From positions 5,890,001 to 5,954,000 of the forward strand of contig OZ024743.1 in the NCBI GenBank assembly GCA_964016885.1: a DNA stretch of 64,000 nucleotides, in the 5' to 3' direction. Both the position numbers and the translations under genes were made by a program. This DNA comes from Eledone cirrhosa. Its lineage: Eukaryota. The notes below the pieces were generated by a model. That model saw only the letters and a list, made by a program, of their open reading frames with translations, did no database searches and was not told the origin of the DNA. This document shows positions 24,501 through 39,500 of the stretch, piece by piece (the stretch's first letter is position 1; each line of letters begins with the position of its first letter).

Positions 24501-27500
24501 CCATGCAAACTATATCCCCACCATACTAACTGTATCCCCCACCATACTAACTATATCCCCACCATATAAACTATATCCCCCACCATACTAACTGTATCCC
24601 TCACCATACTAACTGTATCCCCCACCATATAAACTGTATCCCCCACCATATAAACTGTATCCCCTACCATATAAACTGTCTCCCCCACCGTACAAACTAT
24701 ATCCCCCACCATACAAACTATATCCCCCACCATACAAACTGTATCCCCCACCATATAAACTGTATCCCCCACCATACTAACTGTATCCCCCACCATATAA
24801 ACTGTATCCCCCACCATACTAACTGTATCCCCCACCATATAAACTGTATCCCCCACCATACTAACTGTATCCCTCACCATACTAACTGTATCCCCCACCA
24901 TATAAACTGTATCCCCCACCATATAAACTGTATCCCCCACCATATAAACTGTATCCCTCACCATATAAACTGTATCCCCCACCATATAAACTGTATCCCC
25001 CACCATATAAACTGTATCCCCCACCATATAAACTGTATCCCCCACCATATAAACTGTATCCCCCACCATATAAACTGTATCCCCCACCATATAAACTGTA
25101 TCCCCCACCATACAAACTATATCCCCCACCATATAAACTATATCCCCCACCATACTAACTGTTTCCCCACCATACAAACTGTTCCCCCCACCATACTAAC
25201 TGTATCCCCCACCATACTAACTGTATCCCCCACCATATAAACTGTATCCCCCACCATACTAACTGTATCCCCACCATACTAACTGTATCCCCCACCATAC
25301 TAACTGTATCCCCCACCATACTAACTGTATCCCCCACCATATAAACTGTATCCCCCACCATACTAACTGTATCCCCCACCATATAAACTGTATCCCCCAC
25401 CATACTAACTGTATCCCCCACCATATAAACTGTATCCCCCACCATACTAACTGTATCCCTTACCATACTAACTGTATCCCCCACCATACTAACTGTATCC
25501 CCCACCATATAAACTGTATCCCCCACCATACTAACTGTATCCCCCACCATATAAACTGTATCCCCCACCATACTAACTGTATCCCCCACCATATAAACTG
25601 TATCCCCCACCATACTAACTGTATCCCTCACCATACTAACTGTATCCCCCACCATATAAACTGTATCCCCCACCATACTAACTGTATCCCCCACCATACT
25701 AACTGTATCCCCCACCATACAAACTATATCCCCCCACCATACTAACTGTATCCCCCACCATATAAACTGTATCCCCCACCATACTAACTATATCCCCCCA
25801 CCATACTAACTGTATCCCCCACCATACTAACTGTATCCCCCACCATACAAACTGTATCCCCCACCATACTAACTGTATCCCCCACCATACTAACTGTATC
25901 CCCCACCATACTAACTGTATCCCCCACCATACAAACTATATCCCCCCACCATACTAACTGTATCCCCCACCATACTAACTGTATCCCCCACCATATAAAC
26001 TGTATCCCCCACCATACTAACTGTATCCCCCACCATACAAACTATATCCCCCCACCATACTAACTGTATCCCCCACCATACTAACTGTATCCCCCACCAT
26101 ACTAACTGTATCCCCCACCATACAAACTATATCCCCCACCATACTAACTGTATCCCCCACCATATAAACTGTATCCCCCACCATATAAACTGTATCCCCA
26201 CCATATAAACTGTATCCCCCACCATACTAACTGTATCCCCCACCATACAAACTATATCCCCCCACCATACTAACTGTATCCCCCACCATATAAACTGTAT
26301 CCCCCACCATATAAACTGTATCCCCCACCATACTAACTGTATCCCCCACCATACTAACTGTATCCCTCACCATATAAACTGTATCCCCCACCATATAAAC
26401 TATATCCCCCACCATATAAACTGTATCCCCCACCATATAAACTGTATCCCCCACCATACTAACTGTATCCCCCACCATATAAACTATATCCCCCACCATA
26501 TAAACTATATCCCCCCACCATACTAACTGTATCCCCCACCATACTAACTGTATCCCCCACCATACTAACTGTATCCCCCACCATATAAACTGTATCCCCC
26601 ACCATATAAACTGTATCCCCCACCATATAAACTGTATCCCCCACCATACTAACTGTATCCCCCACCATACTAACTGTATCCCCCACCATACTAACTGTAT
26701 CCCCCACCATACAAAATATATCCCCCCACCATACTAACTGTATCCCCCACCATACTAACTGTATCCCCCACCATACTAACTGTATCCCCCACCATATAAA
26801 CTGTATCCCCACCATATAAACTATATCCCCCCACCATACTAACTGTATCCCCCACCATACTAACTGTATCCCCCCACCATACTAACTGTATCCCCCACCA
26901 TACTAACTGTATCCCCCCACCATACTAACTGTATCCCCCACCATACTAACTGTATCCCCCACCATACTAACTGTATCCCCCACCATACTAACTGTATCCC
27001 CCACCATATAAACTGTATCCCCACCATATAAACTATATCCCCCCACCATACTAACTGTATCCCCCACCATACTAACTGTATCCCCCACCATATAAACTAT
27101 ATCCCCCCACCATACTAACTGTATCCCCCACCATACAAACTATATCCCCCCACCATACTAACTGTATCCCCCACCATACTAACTGTATCCCCCACCATAT
27201 AAACTATATCCCCCCACCATACTAACTGTATCCCCCACCATACTAACTGTATCCCCCACCATATAAACTGTATCCCCACCATATAAACTATATCCCCCCA
27301 CCATACTAACTGTATCCCCCACCATACTAACTGTATCCCCCCACCATACTAACTGTATCCCCCACCATACTAACTGTATCCCCCACCATACTAACTGTAT
27401 CCCCCACCATACAAACTATATCCCCCCACCATACTAACTGTATCCCCCACCATACTAACTGTATCCCCCACCATACAAACTATATCCCCCCACCATACTA

Positions 27501-30500
27501 ACTGTATCCCCCACCATACTAACTGTATCCCCCACCATATAAACTATATCCCCCCACCATACTAACTGTATCCCCCACCATACTAACTGTATCCCCCACC
27601 ATATAAACTGTATCCCCACCATATAAACTATATCCCCCCACCATACTAACTGTATCCCCCACCATACTAACTGTATCCCCCCACCATACTAACTGTATCT
27701 CCCACCATACTAACTGTATCCCCCCACCATACTAACTGTATCCCCCACCATACTAACTGTATCCCCCACCATACTAACTGTATCCCCCACCATACTAACT
27801 GTATCCCCCACCATATAAACTATATCCCCCCACCATACTAACTATATCCCCCACCATACTAACTGTATCCCCCACCATACTAACTATATCCCCCCACCAT
27901 ACTAACTGTATCCCCCACCATACTAACTGTATCCCCCACCATACTAACTGTATCCCCCACCATACTAACTGTATCCCCCACCATATAAACTGTATCCCCC
28001 ACCATACTAAATGTATCCCCCCACCATACTAACTGTATCCCCCACCATACTAACTGTATCCCCCCACCATACTAACTGTATCCCCCACCATACTAACTGT
28101 ATCCCCCCACCATACTAACTGTATCCCCCACCATATAAACTGTATCCCCACCATATAAACTGTATCCCCCACCATACTACCTGTATCCCCCACCATATAA
28201 ACTGTATCCCCCACCATACTAACTGTATCCCCCACCATATAAACTATATCCCCCACCATACTAACTGTATCCCCCACCATACAAACTGTATTCCCCACCA
28301 TATAAACTGTATCCCCACCATACAAACTATATCCCCCCACCATACTAACTGTATCCCCCACCATACTAACTGTATCCCCCACCATATAAACTGTATCCCC
28401 CACCATACAAACTATATCCCCCACCATACTAACTGTATCCCCCACCATACAAACTGTATCCCCCACCATATAAACTGTATCCCCACCATATAAACTATAT
28501 CCCCCCACCATACTAACTGTATCCCCCACCATACAAACTATATCCCCCCACCATACTAACTGTATCCCCCACCATATAAACTGTATCCCCCACCATATAA
28601 ACTGTATCCCCACCATATAAACTGTATCCCCCACCATAGTAACTGTATCCCCCACCATACTAACTGTATCCCCCACCATACTAACTGTATCCCCCACCAT
28701 ACTAACTGTATCCCCACCATATAAACTGTATCCCCCACCATATAAACTGTATCCCCCACCATATAAACTGTATCCCCCACCATACTAACTGTATCCCCCA
28801 CCATATAAACTGTATCTCCCACCATACAAACTATATCCCCCCACCATACTAACTGTATCCCCCACCATACTAACTGTATCCCCCACCATATAAACTGTAT
28901 CCCCCACCATACTAACTGTATCCCCCACCATACAAACTATATCCCCCCACCATACTAACTGTATCCCCCACCATATAAACTGTATCCCCCACCATACTAA
29001 CTTTATCCCCCACCATACAAAGTATATTCCCCCACCATACTAACTGTATCCCCCACCATATAAACTGTATCCCCCACCATACTAACTGTATCCCCCACCA
29101 TACAAACTATATCCCCCCACCATACTAACTGTATCCCCCACCATACTAACTGTATCCCCCACCATATAAACTGTATCCCCCACCATACTAACTGTATCCC
29201 CCACCATACAAACTATATCCCCCCACCATACTAACTGTATCCCCCACCATACTAACTGTATCCCCCACCATACTAACTGTATCCCCCACCATACTAACTG
29301 TATCCCCCACCATATAAACTGTATCCCCACCATATAAACTATATCCCCCCACCATACTAACTGTATCCCCCACCATACTAACTGTATCCACCACCATACT
29401 AACTGTATCCCCCACCATACAAACTATATCCCCCCACCATACTAACTGTATCCCCCACCATATAAACTGTATCCCCCACCATACTAACTGTATCCCCCAC
29501 CATATAAACTGTATCCCCACCATATAAACTGTATCCCCCACCATACTAACTGTATCCCCACCATACTAACTGTATCCCCCACCATACTAACTGTATCCCC
29601 ACCATATAAACTGTATCCCCCACCATATAAACTGTATCCCCCACCATATAAACTGTATCCCCCACCATACTAACTGTATCCCCCACCATACTAACTGTAT
29701 CCCCCACCATACTAACTGTATCCCCCACCATACTAACTGTATCCCCCACCATACTAACTGTATCCCTCACCATATAAACTGTATCCCCCACCATATAAAC
29801 TGTATCCCCCACCATATAAACTGTATCCCCCACCATACTAACTGTATCCCCCACCATACAAACTATATCCCCCCACCATACTAACTGTATCCCCCACCAT
29901 ACTAACTGTATCCCCCCACCATACTAACTGTATCCCCCACCATACTAACTGTATCCCCCCACCATACTAACTGTATCCCCCACCATACTAACTGTATCCC
30001 CCACCATACTAACTGTATCCCCCACCATACTAACTGTATCCCTCACCATATAAACTGTATCCCCCACCATACTAACTGTATCCCCCACCATATAAACTGT
30101 ATCCCCCACCATACTAACTGTATCCCCCCACCATACTAACTGTATCCCCCACCATACTAACTGTATCCCCCACCATACTAACTGTATCCCCCACCATACT
30201 AACTGTATCCCCCACCATACTAACTGTATCCCCCACCATACTAACTGTATCCCCCACCATACTAACTGTATCCCCCACCATACTAACTGTATCCCCCACC
30301 ATACTAACTGTATCCCTCACCATATAAACTGTATCCCCCACCATATAAACTATATCCCCCACCATACTAACTGTATCCCCCACCATACTAACTGTATCCC
30401 CCACCATACTAACTGTATCCCCCACCATACTAACTGTATCCCTCACCATATAAACTGTATCCCCCACCATATAAACAGTATCCCCCACCATATAAACTGT

Positions 30501-33500
30501 ATCCCCCACCATACTAAATGTATCCTCCACCATACTAACTGTATCCCCCCACCATACTAACTGTATCCCCCACCATACTAACTGTATCCCCCACTATACT
30601 AACTGTATCCCCCACCATACTAACTGTATCCCCCACCATACTAACTGTATCCCCCACCATACTAACTGTATCCCCCACCATACTAACTGTATCCCCCACC
30701 ATATAAACTATATCCCCCCACCATACTAACTGTATCCCCCACCATACTAACTGTATCCCCCACCATACTAACTGTATCCCTCACCATACTAACTGTATCC
30801 CTCACCATAGTAACTGTATCCCCCACCATACTAACTGTATCCCCACCATACTAACTGTATCCCCCACCATACTAACTGTATCCCCCACCATACTAACTGT
30901 ATCCCTCACCATATAAACTGTATCCCCCACCATACTAACTGTATCCCCCACCATACTAACTGTATCCCCCACCATACTAACTGTATCCCCCACCATACTA
31001 ACTGTATCCCTCACCATATAAACTGTATCCCCCACCATACTAACTGTATCCCCCCACCATACTAACTGTATCCCCCACCATACTAACTGTATCCCCCACC
31101 ATATAAACTGTATCCCCCACCATACTAACTGTATCCCCCACCATACTAACTGTATCCCCCACCATACTAACTGTATCCCCCACCATACTAACTGTATCCC
31201 CCCACCATACTAACTGTATCCCCCACCATACTAACTGTATCCCTCCACCATACTAACTGTATCCCCCACCATACTAACTGTATCCCCCACCATATAAACT
31301 GTATCCCCCACCATACTAACTGTATCCCCCACCATACAAACTATATCCCCCCACCATACTAACTGTATCCCCCACCATATAAACTCTATCCCCCACCATA
31401 CTAACTGTATCCCCCACCATATAAACTATATCCCCCACCATATAAACTGTATCCCCCACCATATAAACTGTATCCCCCACCATACTAACTGTATCCCCCC
31501 ACCCTACTAACTGTATCCCCCCACCATACTAACTGTATCCCCCACCATACTAACTGTATCCCCCACCATACTAACTGTATCCCCCACCATACAAACTGTA
31601 TCCCCCACCATATAAACTGTATCCCCACCATACAAACTATATCCCCCCACCATACTAACTGTATCCCCCACCATACTAACTGTATCCCCCACCATATAAA
31701 CTGTATCCCCCACCATATAAACTGTATCCCCACCATATAAACTGTATCCCCCACCATACAAACTATATCCCCCCACCATACTAACTGTATCCCCCACCAT
31801 ACTAACTGTATCCCCCACCATACAAACTGTATCCCCCACCATATAAACTGTATCCCCACCATATAAACTATATCCCCCCACCATACTAACTGTATCCCCC
31901 ACCATACTAACTGTATCCCCCACCATACTAACTGTATCCCCCACCATACAAACTATATCCCCCCACCATACTAACTGTATCCCCCACCATATAAACTGTA
32001 TCCCCCACCATACTAACTGTATCCCCCACCATATAAACTGTATCCCCACCATATAAACTGTATCCCCCACCATACTAACTGTATCCCCCACCATACTAAC
32101 TGTATCCCCCACCATACTAACTGTATCCCCCACCATACTAACTGTATCCCCACCATATAAACTGTATCCCCACCATACTAACTGTATCCCCCACCATATA
32201 AACTGTATCCCCCACCATACTAACTGTATCCCCCACCATACAAACTATATCCCCCCACCATACTAACTGTATCCCCCACCATACTAACTGTATCCCCCAC
32301 CATACAAACTATATCCCCCACCATATAAACTATATCCCCCCACCATACTAACTGTATCCCCCACCATACTAACTGTATCCCCCACCATACTAACTGTATC
32401 CCCCACCATACTAACTGTATCCCCCACCATACTAACTGTATCCCCCACCATATAAACTGTATCCCCACCATATAAACTATATCCCCCCACCATACTAACT
32501 GTATCCCCCACCATACTAACTGTATCCCCCACCATACTAACTGTATCCCCCACCATACTAACTGTATCCCCCACCATACAAACTATATCCCCCCACCATA
32601 CTAACTGTATCCCCCACCATATAAACTGTATCCCCCACCATACTAACTGTATCCCCCACCATATAAACTGTATCCCCACCATATAAACTGTATCCCCCAC
32701 CATACTAACTGTATCCCCACCATACTAACTGTATCCCCCACCATACTAACTGTATCCCCACCATATAAACTGTATCCCCCACCATATAAACTGTATCCCC
32801 CACCATATAAACTGTATCCCCCACCATACTAACTGTATCCCCCACCATACTAACTGTATCCCCCACCATACTAACTGTATCCCCCACCATACTAACTGTA
32901 TCCCCCACCATACTAACTGTATCCCCCACCATACTAACTGTATCCCTCACCATATAAACTGTATCCCCCACCATATAAACTGTATCCCCCACCATATAAA
33001 CTGTATCCCCCACCATACTAACTGTATCCCCCACCATACAAACTATATCCCCCACCATACTAACTGTATCCCCCACCATATAAACTGTATCCCCCACCAT
33101 ACTAACTGTATCCCCCCACCATACTAACTGTATCCCCCACCATACTAACTGTATCCCCCCACCATACTAACTGTATCCCCCACCATACTAACTGTATCCC
33201 CCACCATACTAACTGTATCCCTCACCATATAAACTGTATCCCCCACCATATAAACTGTATCCCCCACCATACTAACTGTATCCCCCCACCATACTAACTG
33301 TATCCCCCACCATACTAACTGTATCCCCCACCATACTAACTGTATCCCCCACCATACTAACTGTATCCCCCACCATACTAACTGTATCCCCCACCATACT
33401 AACTGTATCCCCCACCATACTAACTGTATCCCCCACCATACTAACTGTATCCCCCACCATACTAACTGTATCCCTCACCATATAAACTGTATCCCCCACC

Positions 33501-36500
33501 ATATAAACTATATCCCCCACCATACTAACTGTATCCCCCACCATACTAACTGTATCCCCCACCATACTAACTGTATCCCCCACCATACTAACTGTATCCC
33601 TCACCATATAAACTGTATCCCCCACCATATAAACTGTATCCCCCACCATATAAACTGTATCCCCCACCATACTAAATGTATCCCCCACCATACTAACTGT
33701 ATCCCCCACCATACTAACTGTATCCCCCCACCATACTAACTGTATCCCCCACCATACTAACTGTATCCCCCCACCATACTAACTGTATCCCCCACCATAC
33801 TAACTGTATCCCCCACCATACTAACTGTATCCCCCACCATACTAACTGTATCCCCCACCATACTAACTGTATCCCCCACCATACTAACTGTATCCCCCAC
33901 CATACTAACTGTATCCCCCACCATACTAACTGTATCCCCCACCATATAAACTATATCCCCCCACCATACTAACTGTATCCCCCACCATACTAACTGTATC
34001 CCCCACCATACTAACTGTATCCCTCACCATACTAACTGTATCCCCCACCATACTAACTGTATCCCCCACCATACTAACTGTATCCCCCACCATACTAACT
34101 GTATCCCCCACCATACTAACTGTATCCCTCACCATATAAACTGTATCCCCCACCATACTAACTGTATCCCCCACCATACTAACTGTATCCCCCACCATAC
34201 TAACTGTATCCCTCACCATATAAACTGTATCCCCCACCATACTAACTGTATCCCCCCACCATACTAACTGTATCCCCCACCATACTAACTGTATCCCCCA
34301 CCATATAAACTGTATCCCCCACCATACTAACTGTATCCCCCACCATACTAACTGTATCCCCCACCATACTAACTGTATCCCCCACCATACTAACTGTATC
34401 CCCCCACCATACTAACTGTATCCCCCACCATACTAACTGTATCCCCCCACCATACTAACTGTATCCCCCACCATACTAACTGTATCCCCCACCATATAAA
34501 CTGTATCCCCCACCATACTAACTGTATCCCCCACCATACAAACTATATCCCCCCACCATACTAACTGTATCCCCCACCATACAAACTGTATCCCCCACCA
34601 TACTAACTGTATCCCCCACCATATAAACTGTATCCCCCACCATACTAACTGTATCCCCCCACCATACTAACTGTATCCCCCACCATACTAACTGTATCCC
34701 CCCACCATACTAACTGTATCCCCCACCATACTAACTGTATCCCCCACCATACTAACTGTATCCCCCACCATACAAACTGTATCCCCCACCATATAAACTG
34801 TATCCCCACCATACAAACTATATCCCCCCACCATACTAACTGTATCCCCCACCATACTAACTGTATCCCCCACCATATAAACTGTATCCCCCACCATATA
34901 AACTGTATCCCCACCATATAAACTGTATCCCCCACCATACAAACTATATCCCCCCACCATACTAACTGTATCCCCCACCATACTAACTGTATTCCCCACC
35001 ATACAAACTGTATCCCCCACCATATAAACTGTATCCCCACCATATAAACTATATCCCCCCACCATACTAACTGTATCCCCCACCATACTAACTGTATCCC
35101 CCACCATACTAACTGTATCCCCCACCATACAAACTATATCCCCCCACCATACTAACTGTATCCCCCACCATATAAACTGTATCCCCCACCATACTAACTG
35201 TATCCCCCACCATATAAACTGTATCCCCACCATATAAACTGTATCCCCCACCATACTAACTGTATCCCCCACCATACTAACTGTATCCCCCACCATACTA
35301 ACTGTATCCCCACCATATAAACTGTATCCCCCACCATATAAACTGTATCCCCCACCATATAAACTGTATCCCCCACCATACTAACTGTATCCCCCACCAT
35401 ATAAACTGTATCTCCCACCATACAAACTATATCCCCCCACCATACTAACTGTATCCCCCACCATACTAACTGTATCCCCCACCATATAAACTGTATCCCC
35501 CACCATACTAACTGTATCCCCCACCATACAAACTATATCCCCCCACCATACTAACTGTATCCCCCACCATACTAACTGTATCCCCCACCATATAAACTGT
35601 ATCCCCCACCATACTAACTGTATCCCCCACCATACAAACTATATCCCCCCACCATACTAACTGTATCCCCCACCATATAAACTGTATCCCCCACCATACT
35701 AACTGCATCCCCCACCATACAAACTATATCCCCCCACCATACTAACTGTATCCCCCACCATACTAACTGTATCCCCCACCATATAAACTGTATCCCCCAC
35801 CATACTAACTGTATCCCCCACCATACAAACTATATCCCCCCACCATACTAACTGTATCCCCCACCATACTAACTGTATCCCCCAACATACAAACTATATC
35901 CCCCACCATATAAACTATATCCCCCCACCATACTAACTGTATCCCCCACCATACTAACTGTATCCCCCACCATACTAACTGTATCCCCCACCATACTAAC
36001 TGTATCCCCCACCATACTAACTGTATCCCCCACCATATAAACTATATCCCCCCACCATACTAACTGTATCCCACACCATACTAACTGTATCCCCCACCAT
36101 ACTAACTGTATCCCCCACCATACAAACTATATCCCCCCACCATACTAACTGTATCCCCCACCATATAAACTGTATCCCCCACCATACTAACTGTATCCCC
36201 CACCATATAAACTGTATCCCCACCATATAAACTGTATCCCCCACCATACTAACTGTATCCCCCACCATACTAACTGTATCCCCCACCATACTAACTGTAT
36301 CCCCCACCATACTAACTGTATCCCCACCATATAAACTGTATCCCCCACCATATAAACTATCCCCCACCATATAAACTGTATCCCCCACCATACTAACTGT
36401 ATCCCCCACCATACAAACTGTATCCCCCACCATATAAACTGTATCCCCACCATACAAACTATATCCCCCCACCATACTAACTGTATCCCCCACCATACTA

Positions 36501-39500
36501 ACTGTATCCCCCACCATATAAACTGTATCCCCCACCATATAAACTGTATCCCCACCATATAAACTGTATCCCCCACCATACAAACTATATCCCCCCACCA
36601 TACTAACTGTATCCCCCACCATACTAACTGTATCCCCCACCATACAAACTGTATCCCCCACCATATAAACTGTATCCCCACCATATAAACTATATCCCCC
36701 CACCATACTAACTGTATCCCCCACCATACTAACTGTATCCCCCACCATACTAACTGTATCTCCCACCATACAAACTATATCCCCCCACCATACTAACTGT
36801 ATCCCCCACCATATAAACTGTATCCCCCACCATACTAACTGTATCCCCCACCATATAAACTGTATCCCCACCATATAAACTGTATCCCCCACCATACTAA
36901 CTGTATCCCCCACCATACTAACTGTATCCCCCACCATACTAACTGTATCCCCACCATATAAACTGTATCCCCCACCATATAAACTGTATCCCCCACCATA
37001 TAAACTGTATCCCCCACCATACAAACTATATCCCCCCACCATACTAACTGTATCCCCCACCATATAAACTGTATCCCCCACCATACTAACTGTATCCCCC
37101 ACCATACTAACTGTATCCCCACCATATAAACTGTATCCCCCACCATACTAACTGTATCCCCCACCATACTAACTGTATCCCCCACCATACTAACTGTATC
37201 CCCACCATATAAACTGTATCCCCCACCATATAAACTGTATCCCCCACCATATAAACTGTATCCCCCACCATACAAACTATATCCCCCCACCATACTAACT
37301 GTATCCCCCACAATATAAACTGTATCCCCCACCATACTAACTGTATCCCCCACCATATAAACTGTATCTCCCACCATACAAACTATATCCCCCCACCATA
37401 CTAACTGTATCCCCCAGCATACTAACTGTATCCCCCACCATATAAACTGTATCCCCCACCATACTAACTGTATCCCCCACCATACAAACTATATCCCCCC
37501 ACCATACTAACTGTATCCCCCACCATACTAACTGTATCCCCCACCATATAAACTGTATCCCCCACCATACTAACTGTATCCCCCACCATACAAAGTATAT
37601 CCCCCCACCATACTAACTGTATCCCCCACCATATAAACTGTATCCCCCACCATACTAACTGTATCCCCCACCATACAAACTATATCCCCCCACCATACTA
37701 ACTGTATCCCCCACCATACTAACTGTATCCCCCACCATATAAACTGTATCCCCCACCATACTAACTGTATCCCCCACCATACAAACTATATCCCCCCACC
37801 ATACTAACTGTATCCCCCACCATACTAACTGTATCCCCCAACATACAAACTATATCCCCCACCATATAAACTATATCCCCCCACCATACTAACTGTATCC
37901 CCCACCATACTAACTGTATCCCCCACCATACTAACTGTATCCCCCACCATACTAACTGTATCCCCCACCATATAAACTATATCCCCCCACCATACTAACT
38001 GTATCCCCCACCATACTAACTGTATCCCCCACCATACTAACTGTATCTCCCACCATACAAACTATATCCCCCCACCATACTAACTGTATCCCCCACCATA
38101 TAAACTGTATCCCCCACCATACTAACTGTATCCCCCACCATATAAACTGTATCCCCACCATATAAACTGTATCCCCCACCATACTAACTGTATCCCCCAC
38201 CATACTAACTGTATCCCCCACCATACTAACTGTATCCCTCACCATACTAACTGTATCCCTCACCATAGTAACTGTATCCCCCACCATACTAACTGTATCC
38301 CCACCATACTAACTGTATCCCCCACCATACTAACTGTATCCCCCACCATACTAACTGTATCCCTCACCATATAAACTGTATCCCCCACCATACTAACTGT
38401 ATCCCCCACCATACTAACTGTATCCCCCACCATACTAACTGTATCCCCCACCATACTAACTGTATCCCTCACCATATAAACTGTATCCCCCACCATACTA
38501 ACTGTATCCCCCCACCATACTAACTGTATCCCCCACCATACTAACTGTATCCCCCACCATATAAACTGTATCCCCCACCATACTAACTGTATCCCCCACC
38601 ATACTAACTGTATCCCCCACCATACTAACTGTATCCCCCACCATACTAACTGTATCCCCCCACCATACTAACTGTATCCACCACCATACTAACTGTATCC
38701 CTCCACCATACTAACTGTATCCCCCACCATACTAACTGTATCCCCCACCATATAAACTGTATCCCCCACCATACTAACTGTATCCCCCACCATACAAACT
38801 ATATCCCCCCACCATACTAACTGTATCCCCCACCATATAAACTCTATCCCCCACCATACTAACTGTATCCCCCACCATATAAACTATATCCCCCACCATA
38901 TAAACTGTATCCCCCACCATATAAACTGTATCCCCCACCATACTAACTGTATCCCCCCACCCTACTAACTGTATCCCCCCACCATACTAACTGTATCCCC
39001 CACCATACTAACTGTATCCCCCACCATACTAACTGTATCCCCCACCATACAAACTGTATCCCCCACCATATAAACTGTATCCCCACCATACAAACTATAT
39101 CCCCCCACCATACTAACTGTATCCCCCACCATACTAACTGTATCCCCCACCATATAAACTGTATCCCCCACCATATAAACTGTATCCCCACCATATAAAC
39201 TGTATCCCCCACCATACAAACTATATCCCCCCACCATACTAACTGTATCCCCCACCATACTAACTGTATCCCCCACCATACAAACTGTATCCCCCACCAT
39301 ATAAACTGTATCCCCACCATATAAACTATATCCCCCCACCATACTAACTGTATCCCCCACCATACTAACTGTATCCCCCACCATACTAACTGTATCCCCC
39401 ACCATACAAACTATATCCCCCCACCATACTAACTGTATCCCCCACCATATAAACTGTATCCCCCACCATACTAACTGTATCCCCCACCATATAAACTGTA

